In this document: piece after piece, positions 24,181-35,900 of the stretch
Layout: the number at the start of each line of letters is the position of its first letter
How positions within the stretch are numbered: the first letter of the stretch is position 1
Origin: Asterias rubens
Lineage: Eukaryota
Assembly (NCBI RefSeq): GCF_902459465.1
Contig: NC_047076.1
Span: 8,370,001 to 8,434,000, forward strand
Direction of reading: 5' to 3'
Length of the DNA stretch: 64,000 bases
Translations under genes and position numbers: made by a program
Notes under the pieces: generated by a model
The model's input: only the letters and a program-made list of their open reading frames with translations
Told to the model about the DNA's origin: nothing
The model's database searches: none

Positions 24181-25290
24181 AGGGGGGGGGGGGGTATGTC
24201 TACACCTTCCATATTACTCCACGAAATAATTACGCTATAAAATCTTACTTTGTAAGGAGCTCTGCAGAGCTGATAATTGTATTACATTTTTGAGAAACGA
24301 TTCCTTTCGAAAGAATTTGGTTTTAGAGAAAGCGATTCAAGAAATAAACGTTTTTCCAGAGTGTGTTATTCCAAACGGATTATTCTTCCTGCATGTTCAC
24401 AACTGCTCCGTGTTTTCGGGTGTTATCTCGGGGAGTGTTATTTACTTCAATCCGCAAACAAACTTTAACCCACACATAAAACAAAATTATTCCATCAAAT
24501 TTTGCATCGTCAACTCGCACTGTTTTGGAAAGAAACCTTCTTGAGAGAACCCCGGTACATCATTGTTTTTATCGGACAGTTCCGATTCATATCTGAACGT
24601 CTGGCATTTTTTTAAAGAGTTATTTCAATCATGACCAATGAGATATTTACTACAAGTCAAAAATACATTAGGACTACCTTTATCTAGAAATGTTTAATAC
24701 CATTAACTATACTTATGCTTCCAACAGTGTACATGTAGCTGTTATTTAGAACATAGGGTAAAGCAGTTCTATTTTTGCCGTGATTGTATTTATTTATAAC
24801 GTTGTATGGACTTTGTGTTCATTTTTGCAAGATTATCGCACTCCTTTAACCGACCTCTATCTTTAAGTACCTACCTCTAGTCTTATTATATTATATAGTT
24901 ACTATAATGTTGCGAATCCTAGCATGTTTGGGTTAGCGCCCGTAATCGCCACAGTGCCGTGTATAGAATTGGCAATTACATACGTAGAAGTGTATTAAAT
25001 CACCATCTCATGCATCCCATAGTCATTAACATGGAAAGTGCCGCATTAATCCAACTGGCCAATTTAGAGTCATGTGACGATGTCATGTGACTCGGGGGAG
25101 GCGTGTGTGCTGCTCGATGCACGAGCTATACTGTAAGTGTTTTTCTTATACGGGTTTCAAAGGAGAGAATCTGACAGCACGCCACAGTGCCTATACGGAG
25201 CTGTCTACGGTAGAAAGCAACCTCGCTCGCGCCGTGTATGAGAGAGAGAGAGAGAGCCCCCCATTCATACATTAAACATCGCTTGTGCAG

Positions 25291-25397
25291 GTTGCTGCCG
25301 GTACATTAGGGAACATCTGGTGCTGTGAATTAAACCCTACGCCTGGTCGAGCTTTGTGTCCGTCTGCAACCAGTGGGATTAACCCTTGGATATAAAG
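25291..25397 (+). other. Candidate non-coding exon
   Basis: Acceptor cttgtgcag, strong donor AAG|GTAAGG. Two GTCATGTGAC E-box-like motifs (25069, 25082) and a GA tract lie upstream. Confidence 0.3.
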
Positions 25398-26695
25398 GTA
25401 AGGACCCTTCCATTACATTCAACAATATGTAAATGATGTTCATGAGTGTTATCACAATGAATGTTTACTGTCACGTAACTATATGCGTGCACATATCCCT
25501 GTGTACGACCATACCTTGTTTATTTATAAATTTAATGTGTGTTTAATATTTGTGTTTAATAAAGATGTGTAGATATAATACGGCTTGAAGTTGCCTCTTG
25601 CTGGTAATTCATCTTGGGCACAGATAAGCATTATAGCATTGACTGTGTTAATGCAATAGGGGGATCACTTCGTAATCGTGTGTCATAATATTATGTTTTT
25701 TTCTGTAGTAGTAGGCCTACATGTAGTACAGAAATATAGATTATATTAAGCCTTGGGTAAATTGAATCACACATATGAGATCAGCGTGTGTTTTGTGTGC
25801 AACCGGTGGTGAGAATAGCCCAATAGCCAAATACAACCAATTGTCATTGCAACACCGAGTAACGGTATCCATGTGACATCCATGTCACTGAACAGTGGAG
25901 ACTGGTTTTCATTCATCCCTGGTTGAACTATAGCTCCATGGTTGAACCAACCGTGACGCGAGCCGACTATATCCTTTGTTTACGGGTTACAATCAACAAT
26001 GAATACGGTGCCAGGCGATGTGCTGTGGGAATATTAAGTAATACTAATTTGCATAGCAGTGTAATTAACCCGTAGATGTACGAGTAACTATATTTATGCA
26101 GATAATAAGACATGAATGAATATATTATAATTGATTGTCACATGCCTCTTGTAAGAAATGATATTGGGACTAACTTATGTGATTTTTTTTTCTTCATTTC
26201 CGTGCGGTGTCATTTGATGCAGATATCGGGCCTATTAAGCCCCATAGTAATTGAAGCAAACCTGCATTAATTACCATGTGAGTTCCTGCAGGCAGTAATT
26301 TACTTTAATCTAATATAGACACAGGGCTTAATGGTATAGACCTTAAGTATCCTTCCATTTCATATTCCCTGTGTATTCATTAACAACGATGAATACTGAT
26401 TCTCATTCAACCAGATATGGCCAGACTATTTTGTGCTGCCAGCAGTATAGACCTATATCATGCTGCCTCCATCTTGGTCATGTACACAGTACCTCATATC
26501 AAATAACAATAACAATAATTAATGCTAATAATCATTTTACAAATAGGAACCAGACTATTTTGTTCTTCCAGCCTCGGTTTGGTAACATTGATATCAATTC
26601 GAGAAATTCAAGATGGCTTCACATTGATAAAGGTTTATACCATGTCCGATATTTGGTTAGAGAGTGGCACTGTCCCCCAATGTTTCCATATACCT

Positions 26696-27062
26696 GAAAG
26701 GCATTGTATACGTTTGGTAATTGAAACACATTGTTTGTTTCAATTCTATATAATGTTGCAGATAAATACCATAAAACTAACCAGTTTCAAGTTTCAATTG
26801 CAAGCGTTTTCAATATATTGCCGAAAATCTTGAGCGGTTATGTCCACTTTAGGAAGAATAATCTGCACTTAGGAATCAGTTACCACAGTAACGCGTCTCA
26901 GATGTAACTTTTGGGGGACAACAAAATACATCTTTTTCCAAACCACCCAAATATAAGTTATACTATCGAACGCTGCTGTAGGCCTTTACTCCCTACCAAG
27001 TATGTTTTTATTGCATTTTAATTTTCAGAGTCGTTACCAAATACATGTATATACCCTTTAAA
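26696..27062. mobile_element. Old Kolobok-type MITE
   Basis: AAAGGCATTGTATACGTTTGGTAA ... TTACCAAATACATGTATATACCCTTTAA imperfect TIR. Confidence 0.45.
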
Positions 27063-28027
27063 AACACTATTTCAACCATGCCCCACATTGAGCGCCAACA
27101 TTTCCTTTTTGTACAAGGCCCCTCCTCGGAATCAATGCTTTGGCTTATCGGCTCCGGATCACGGCTCCCTGATTTTCAAAATGTATCCTTTTTGGCACAG
27201 TAGGCCTGATACTTCACAGGGGCAACGGATGCGATTGCCTCCATGCATGCCCCCTGTTCCATGACTTAGTGCCCTTGAAATGCTCCAATATAGAAATGTC
27301 AAATTTCCTTATAAAGTGCCCTTTACCAAGGAGAAAATGCCTTGGTGCCCTTGCCCTGTCGAAAAGAGAGCATGCAGGTCTGGCATTTGCAAGCATGCAG
27401 ACGTGCTCTAGCCGAAGCCTTTTCAAGCCCGATTTATGATTTTTAAATTTGTCTTGAAGTTGAAGGTCAGAAAAAACAAGATGGCCGCACTACGTCGAAG
27501 GTCAATCAAAGGGATTCTTCGTCAGTCAATAGAACTTGATTATGCTGTCGAAATATTGTTCATGTTCCTGGTATCATATAACAGTGCTAAATGCTTAATA
27601 CTCATTGTACAAACGGAACCAGACTATTTCTCATTCCAGCCGCGTTTTGGTTACATTGGTTTGAACGAAATAAATTCAAGATGTCTGCGGCATGGTAAAA
27701 GTCTATTTATAGTTCTATTTGATAAATCAAGGTGGAGTTTGTGTGTCAACAACACATAATAATTTGTCACTCAAAATTTAAATAATTCCTCATTTTAACC
27801 AAGACACATAAAGACCGGGCGCCCACCTTGCATGGCCTAACCAACGCATTTCTTGTATTCATCTTTTAAACAACAACAAATGCTTTTGTAAGACTGTTTG
27901 CATATATTGCGGGAGCCAGTCGCAAGTTGTATGCCATGATACGGTGTTTTTACATAGCAAGAGTGTCCCTGTATATTTGGTTTGCGGTAACACCATGTGT
28001 GTATCTACTTGCCAGGTTGAGTTTGTT

Positions 28028-28236
28028 ACTACTGCGGAGTAGATTGTCCGGTTTTCAGGAGACTTCTCAGTTCTGAAAAGAACTGTCCTGCCTTTTAACT
28101 ATTACCCGGGCGGATGGTATAGAAAATAGGCTGGGACTACTACTTTTGGATCGTGATTAACTGTACTACCGCGGAGTCAATTCTTTAATTGGTCTCAACG
28201 TTTCGACTAGCTTGCTCTAGTCATCGTCAGGAGACT
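28028..28236 (-). mobile_element. Penelope/retrozyme-like ~172-bp unit carrying the hammerhead, plus a partial second copy
   Basis: CAGGAGACT at 28056 and 28228 (172 bp apart). ACTAC(T/C)GCGGAGT at 28028 and 28165; the first copy lacks ~35 nt of the ribozyme. Confidence 0.55.
28192..28235 (-). ncRNA. Minimal type I hammerhead ribozyme
   Basis: Minus strand reads GTCTC-CTGACGA-T-GACTAG-AGCAAG-CTAGTC-GAAA-C-GT-T-GAGAC. Intact core (CUGANGA, GAAA, GUH), 5-bp stem I, 6-bp stem II, palindromic ACGU minimal stem III. Confidence 0.8.
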
Positions 28237-28825
28237 GTCCCTGTCAGGAGTTTGTCCCTGCTCATAAAAATGTGATGTGTCTACAATCTTTCATTCGTAT
28301 AATATAATCTTCTTATAGTGTAATATTCCATCAGTTATAATCTTCAATCATAATAGTTTTGCCATAAATAATATGAATACTGCAACAACAAAAATGACTG
28401 GTTTATCACCAGTCAACTCATACGTGCGTAATGATGGGTGACGTGATTGCGTATAGAAAGCAATGGTGACTATTGGATGTCTCACAAATACATGGTGAGT
28501 CACTATAGAAGATTGCAATCAGCTTATAAAATATATTAAGAAGGAGCGATGATACAATTATTTACATGTTTCAATTTACATCTGATGTTTTCGTTCGGGT
28601 GAGGAGAGCCCCCCTGGGGGTTGGAGGGTGGACCCCCTTGGGTGGGGGTAATAGACAACAAATCATATCGTTGAAGTGATTTTTGTAAGTCATGGCCTCA
28701 TTGTGTTTATCAATGCCATATTAATGTTATTGCAAACTCTGATACATGAACCATGTACATTATATTAAAATCATGAATCTTGTGCAGAGTATAGGGCCTA
28801 CTTAATCGCGTGACAATAACGTATT

Positions 28826-28954
28826 AGAGGGAGCCGTTTCTCACTATATCTCTCTTATCAACAGGTCTCCATTGCTCGTTAAAATACAAAGTAAGTTTTT
28901 ATGCTAACAAATTGTTATTTTTTAGTAATTTCCAATAGTGTCTAGCGCCTTTAA
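28826..28954 (+). mobile_element. Family A MITE, right-end fragment
   Basis: AGAGGGAGCCGTTTCTCAC ... CCAATAGTGTCTAGCGCCTTTAA. Confidence 0.7.
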
Positions 28955-29452
28955 GCAGCGCTATGAACTCGGGCCCATAGTTAATAAAGTACACAAACCC
29001 ATTCATCACTTCGTTAATTGCATAACATTAATGACAATTGTTTGGTAATTTTACTTATTTGATGCCTTAATGAGGACCGTGGCTCTATTAGAAAACCCAA
29101 TCTTGTTCAGACCCAACTATATGATTGGGAAGCCTAGTGAGGCTTGACCGGACGTGCATTAACTTGAAGGAACAATATCGCTGCATGCATCCGCGCATCG
29201 TGACTGTACATGTGTTATTCATCTTCAGTTCTTTGTTTAATTTGAAAATGATAATGTCACTGTTGCCTTGATCACAAGCAACTGTCTATTTTTAAACTGG
29301 TCCACAACCATACTGGTCCACAACCATTCAACATATCAATGATTGTGTTTGCTATGTTGGACTGCTACAGTAACTGTTCTGCACGTGGGGTGATCTTTGT
29401 CAGGTTTCTTGTACAAGACGGCCATTTTTAATTACCCATTTTGTACCAGACT

Positions 29453-29601
29453 AATGGGAGACTTTGAGGCACTAGGTGGCAGCAGACTTACCAGGTAAAT
29501 TTCCATTGTTACCGTAGTTCTGAGCATGCGCACATTACCGAGAACAATGGATTTTACCTGGGAAGTCTGCTGCCACCAAGCGTCCTGAAAGTCTCCCATT
29601 G
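29453..29601. mobile_element. Long-TIR fold-back element (AATGGGAGAC family)
   Basis: Nearly the whole element is an inverted repeat; matches 12817-12953. Confidence 0.85.
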
Positions 29602-30859
29602 TCTCACTCTGGCGGGAGGTTTATATTGGCTGAAGATCCATACTAAAATGTTATATAAAGATGAACATAATTTATTTATCAGTGGTCGGTTACAGTTGTT
29701 ACCTTTAAATATGCCTGTTGTATTCTTGGTGTATTTCTACTTCAGTGTTCGTAGATTATGTAGCATCATTTTTAGGGCCATCTCTGAATCTTTGAATCCT
29801 TAAAACTTAACATTTTTAAATGTTTCAATCTTTGGGAAATGGAATCAATTGTATGTGTATTCTTGTGCCATATGAGCTATCGGTTCACCGAACTGTCTAT
29901 ATTTGTGTATTGTGGCCGCTGAGAAAAACTTGAGCAATGTGACGATTTTAAGACACAGTATTAAAACTCACATTTTCAAGCGATTGTCGGCCGAAAATCG
30001 CCTCAAAAAGATACAAATTGCAGTTTTCGTTGAAACTAATTGGATGTACTTTCACTCTAGAGCGTTAGTTTGAAGAAACTAGGATGTACATTTTTTTCTT
30101 CATTTCTGCACTCCCTTTAATCTACCTTTATAGTATGATTTGTGTCGTCCGGCAGGCCTGTGGCTGTACATGGAACTATGACCTCGCACCCAGTTACTGC
30201 ACGCTCGCTCCCTCCCCCGTAGGGAGAGAGCGCACGTGTGCTGTAACTTGGTGAGAGCATGGAGGAAGAGTTCATACAATCATCTACAGCCTCGGGCCTG
30301 CTTCGAATGATGACGACCATGCCCCTTTAAGTCAATTTTCTGATGGGCTTTGCTGTTGATAATGCCTCATTATTACATCATGTGTAAGGTCGTCTAAACC
30401 ACACAAATTAACTTCACTTGAAAACCTTTCCCATTCTGGCGAGCATGAATGTTAACAGCGTTACCCCACAATTGAATTGCAAAGGAGGAGCATTCTGGCA
30501 CGAACTTAAAGGGTATCATCCAAAATCAAGGGACAACTGCTGCTCCTAGTATGTGCAGCGTTTAGGGCAAACAAAGGCCATCGTTTGATGTGTTTTCCCT
30601 TCATCTTTTGCCATAATGTTCAACTGTTTGAAAAGGGGCAATTATTTCCATAGCTCTATAGTTGTTGCCTTTGTTTTTGGCCTCTGTGCTTAATGTTTTT
30701 TTTTTTTTTTTTTTACTGTTTATCCAACTAATATATTTCAAATCTTGAGAGGAGAATAACCACAGCCACAGTTTGGTTGCCCACGTTTTTAAAATGTTGT
30801 ATCTTGGGGCACACAGTTTACAAACGATGAAGTCCAAACTAAGATCAACACAAAAATGT

Positions 30860-31650
30860 GGGGCATCCATACACATGTGTCATGGTGTTGAAGCCTCACA
30901 CTTTGTCATGTCGTACACTGATATATTTTGTCATGGTGCCCCTATAAGTTTACATTTTGCCATGTGGTGTCACATGCATTCTTCAATGTGGTGCCCATAC
31001 ATTTTGTCATGTGGCTTTCATTGTCATTGTGCACCCATATACCTTTGCTATCAGTTCACTGGTACATGTTGCCATGATGCACCAATTGCTATGTTGTGCC
31101 CCGTACATTTTGTCATTGAGATGCACCCATACTGCCATGTGGTGTCAATATTTTGCCATGTTGTCCCATACATTTTGCCAGTGGTTATATACATTTTACC
31201 ATGTGATGCCCATTTTTTGTCATGTGATGTACCAATATTAGTTTGTCATTTGGTGCCCGTACATTTTGCCATGCTATGCACCCATTGCCTTGTGCTGCTC
31301 CGTACATTTTGCCATCCGGCGCACACATTGGGCCGTGTGAAGCACTCATAATCAAAGGGCCATATGGTGCCCCGTACATTTTCTATGTGGTGCACCCATA
31401 CATTTTGCCATGTGGTGCATACATACATACATACATACATACAAGAATGTTTTATATGCCGCCATTTCATCAAGACCACAGCGGTTTGTGATGAAACAGA
31501 GAAACAAATAAACGATGAGACAAAATGCAAGTTAAAATCAAACAGCAAAACAATCATTTTTGGAACAGGTGTGATATCATAAGCTTCTTGAAAATATGAA
31601 GTGGTGCACCTATTTTGTCATGTGGTGCACCCATTGTCATGTCATGTGGT
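30860..31650. repeat. Degenerate ~23-bp minisatellite with an embedded (CATA)n tract
   Basis: Consensus GTGGTGCCCATACATTTTG(T/C)CAT repeated many times; (CATA)n at 31417-31442. Explains the His/Cys-rich spurious ORFs at 30773-31582. Confidence 0.9.
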
Positions 31651-32229
31651 GAAACAATAGCATAAAACAAAGGTGATTGACGACACCTTTAAATTGCACT
31701 GACATGATACCTGACCACAGAATCCATTATACCGGGTAATTTACTCCATGATTCGATTTATCAGAGTAGCGTTGCGATGCGTTCACGGCGAGGCAGTCAC
31801 GGTGAGGCAGTCACGGTCAGGTGGTGATAAAGTAGACTGACCACTGTCGGAAACCTCACCTTACAAATATTGACCTCAAGTCCTCAAGGCTAGATGTTGG
31901 GAGGAATGATGATAGACTGTGACTTTAATGGCAATTTGCACAGTAGACTCAGATACTAAAAACGGTTTTTAATTTGATTGATAATGATTTGACTAAGACA
32001 GAACTGTAATTTCAGGTTTTTAGAAATAGTTGGTATTGATTTACGTTTACATGGGTGTTTGATGGGCTTTTTTGGAGACCATTATTGTTTTTTTAACAAC
32101 AAATATATGGGGGGGGAAACATGTATACGAGTTGTAATTACTCCACAAGTAAATGACCATAAAAACATACTTGCTAAACCAAGGAGCACACAGTAGAGCT
32201 ATTTATACTAACAAATAGAAACAATCTCA

Positions 32230-32827
32230 TTTAAGTAATTTAGTTTAAGAGAGAGAGGGAGAGTACATTTTTACCCTTACATTTGAACCAGCGAAAGGTT
32301 TCAGACATGAAGCCTTTCTTGGGCATCTGAAAGCACACTGTGTAACCCTTGTGTTTTTTCCCCCTCATTTTTGTACACATTCGATGACCCCAATTAAGCT
32401 CACATTTTCTCATAGGGTTGTTTATTGTATACATTGGAACCACAAAGTGAGAAGACTGGTCTTTGACACTATTGGTTATTGTCAAAGACCAGTCTTCTCA
32501 CTTGGTATATCTCAACCTATGCATAAAATAACAAACCCGTGAAAATTTGAGCTCGATTGGTCGTCGGAGTTGCGAGATAATTATGAAAGAAAAAACACCC
32601 TTGTCACACGAAGTTGTGTGCTTTCAGATGCTTGATTTCGAATCTGAGGTCTCGAAATCAAATTCGTGGAAAATTACTTCTTTCTCGAAAACTACTCAGC
32701 CGTTTCTTACAATGCTTTATACCATCATTCTCTCCCCATTACTCGTTACCAAGTAAGTTGTTATGCTAATAATTATTACCTAACAGTAACTACCAATAGT
32801 GTCCACTGCTTGTCCACTGCTTTTAAC
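32230..32827. mobile_element. Inverted dimer of family A MITEs
   Basis: A reverse copy is fused to a forward copy at 32447-32501, forming a perfect 22-bp inverted repeat with an 11-nt spacer. Confidence 0.8.
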
Positions 32828-33759
32828 ACAAGTTGTTTTCCAAACCAGGAACTTGGAAGAATTTTCTTCATCCATGTTCAAACAAGGTGTAAACCAACGT
32901 CGAGTCTCTTCCATTCAGATCAGTGTTTTAATACCAAGTCGAGTCTGCGATCCTTTCCAACAAATTAATATTAAATTTAATGAAAATGTCATTCAGGTAT
33001 TACCCTATACTTCCACGCGTTCACATAATAACAGCGGCAATAGTAATCGAATTCCAGTTGGGCCCAAAACATGCCACTGTAGGCAATGCGAAGCAGTGCT
33101 TATTATTTTCTGAAACAGCTGCAACTAAGTGCCCTATTTGATATAGCAATCTTGTATAGTTTTCAAATTGTAGAAATTCAATTATAAGTGCAGCACTTGG
33201 CGAGTTTGGTGACCTTTTAGTAGAACCCTTGTACACTTCAAATAGCATGCCGCTCTAATTCACTCTCACAGATCGTTGGCCATTTTCCTCTCCAAGGCTA
33301 GCCACTTGTTCATGTACGATTGTTCGCTGAAGGACACTTGGAGCAAAAGCAAAATCCAGTGATGCCCAACACAGTTAGAAATCATTAACCTTCAATAGAC
33401 ATCTCACATACACACTGCGCCGCCATTTTTGTCGTGTTCCCAACCTGCGCGCAATGCGAGGTACTGATACTCTAAAATAATGCACAGACTGTTATTTCAT
33501 TCCTGACTTGCTATATATGCTTGTAAGGGTCCTTTTGAATTTGTTCCAGCTTCTTATGCGCTTATCAATTTTAGAGCAGTTGGCATTTTTTTTTAATATA
33601 AATATAATCGGCTAGTTCAGATCCGGAGAGTATATAAAGCAATGGCTTGGACAAAGGGGGAAGGGACGTATTTTGGCTGTATCACGATAAGAGTGGGTGT
33701 ACGTGGGTGTGCCTGTAATGCGAGTAGCGTGTACACTGGAAAATCATCAGGCACAGTGC

Positions 33760-34116
33760 TTAAAAAGGCAGTGGACACTATTGGTAATTGTTAAAGACCA
33801 GTCTTTTCACTTGGTGTATCTCAACATAATGCATACAAAACAAACCTGTGAAAATTTGAGCTCAATTGGTCGTCGAAGTTGCGAGATAGTAGTGAGAAAA
33901 CACCCTTGTCACACGAACTTGGGACCTCAAATTCTTAATCTGAGGTCTCGGAAAAAAATCGTGGAAAATTACTTCTTTCTCGAAAACTACGTCACTTCAG
34001 AGGGAGACGTTTCTCACAATGTTTTATACAACCAACCTCTCCCCATTACTCGTAATCAAGAAAGGTTTTTGACATAATTATTTTGAGTAATTCCCAATAG
34101 TGTCCACTGCCTTTAA
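33760..34116 (+). mobile_element. Family A MITE
   Basis: TTAA TSDs, TIRs, small internal deletion. Confidence 0.9.
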
Positions 34117-34829
34117 AAGCAAGATTACCTTTGGTTTTTGAAACCTTTCTTATGTTTGTTTTAATCCAATATAATGTAGATGATACAATAAAACCAATAA
34201 AAAAGGTGGTCTCGTTTTTTTAGATATCGGAGGAAATCCAGGTCAAAGTTCACTCAAAAAGAATAATCGCTAACAGGAATGCACATTCCAAGAAACGTAA
34301 CTGACAGTAATGCGTTTTTTATTCAAGGGGGCACAGCAAATTATATATTTGTGTTCGTGCATAAACTACAATACTTCGAAGTGATTAGTTTTCAAAATGC
34401 GTTATGCTATCGAAATCAGCTGTAGGCTTCTGACCAAAAGTGTTTATTGCCATGAGTGATAACGTATACCTTTCTTTTAAACACTAGTGTTTAGTGTTAT
34501 GCATGCCTACAGTTAACAGACTGGAATATAGCTTGACCCATAACGCCCTAGCCATTTTTCTTAGGTGTCTATAAATATAGTATTCACAAATTCATGTTTA
34601 CATCAACGGTAATATACTGAAATTTTAAAATTGTATCATGTTTATTTTCTGCTATTGTATTACCCAAGCTCATAATGAACGGCTGTTACTCCGGTAACCG
34701 CATCCTTTCTAGAGCCACTTTACCCAGACAACCATGTTGTGTATTGACAGAACGTATGGGGATAATGGATTAGCTAGCGCACGGCGAGTGTGCAGCGGGG
34801 AAATAACCAGTATCTTGAAAGCCATTAGG

Positions 34830-34843
34830 GTTGCCGTGGAAAC
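34830..34843. promoter_or_regulatory. RFX X-box-like motif
   Basis: GTTGCCGTGGAAAC resembles the GTTGCCATGGMAAC consensus and lies in a CpG-enriched patch. No linked gene identified. Confidence 0.3.
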
Positions 34844-35149
34844 GGAGAAGTTGGACAAGGATGCGTCTGGAATGTGATATATCACAACGGGCCGGGCTCG
34901 CTGGCCTGCGTGCGTATAGTGTGTATACCACGCATACATTAAATACTCATGATTTCCCTGGATGCAATACCACAATAACATGAAGCTCAGGACAAAATAA
35001 CGAACCTGTGATGCGTGTGCAGTTAGTGAACAGATACATTTATCATTTTCCACAATTATATGTGGTTATAAGACTCTGCCATCCGAGTTGATGTTTGCTG
35101 GCGGTTGGAGACGAGAACCAGAAAATGATAGATCATCCGTATTAAATTC

Positions 35150-35900
35150 ATTTTAATTAAATAAAACATTTATTTCCATCTTGAATAGTACATAACAAAA
35201 TGTAAAATCATCAATATCGCGGAGGCACAATCCTAAAAGCCGATGCTTGTAGTGGAGTGCCTCTATGAAGATCAAAAACAGAACAATTTTATGCAATTTA
35301 TGAACAAATTAACTTCAGCTAATTCATTTTATACAATTTATGAACAAATTAACTTCAGCTAATTCATTTTATACAATTTATGAACAAATTAACTTCAGCT
35401 AATTCATTTTATGCAATTTATGAACAAATTAACTTCAGCTAATTCATTTTTACAAAGCAAAGATACACATGTGCGACGATGATCTGGCACGAAAGAAGTT
35501 TTAAAGTGTTTTGCTAATGCTATGCATGAATTTTATATTCAAAGATGAAGTTTGCGCTCTTCCTAAATGTCACAGAACTGCCGTCAGTTGCGCAGTTCAA
35601 GAGAGCCATTGAAGCCAACTCAGATGGACTTGTTTTTACTCGCACTACACTCAAAATAATGGCTTTAAATTTCTGTTGTGCATTTCTGTTTATCTTATTT
35701 TTCTCGTTTTTATTACAAAATGATTGTTCATGAAAATCTCTTAGGAATGCATTCAATGAGTGCGTATTAAGCTATGCTGCAAACAAGATTTGCTATGAGC
35801 GAAATTAAATATACACTTTTTTTTAAAGGAAGACATTTGCCACGACGATCTAATCTGCAGCCGTCGTGTTCCCTGTGTACCCCTCAGGCGTGACCATACA
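35150..35900 (-). mobile_element. Possible decayed L2/CR1-clade LINE 3' end
   Basis: Minus strand has a remnant like ...SSVTFRKS..., then a GAGGCACTCCACTACAAGC..GGCTTTTAGGATTGTGCCTC hairpin-like 3' UTR and an AATAAA/AT-rich tail. Weak similarity only. Confidence 0.3.
35294..35451. repeat. 40-bp minisatellite, 4 near-identical copies
   Basis: CAATTTATGAACAAATTAACTTCAGCTAATTCATTTTAT(A/G) x4. Confidence 0.95.

Noticed and set aside
28610-28650. Four G-runs that could form a G-quadruplex
   Set aside because: One loop is long and contains a C-run that would pair instead; no functional context.
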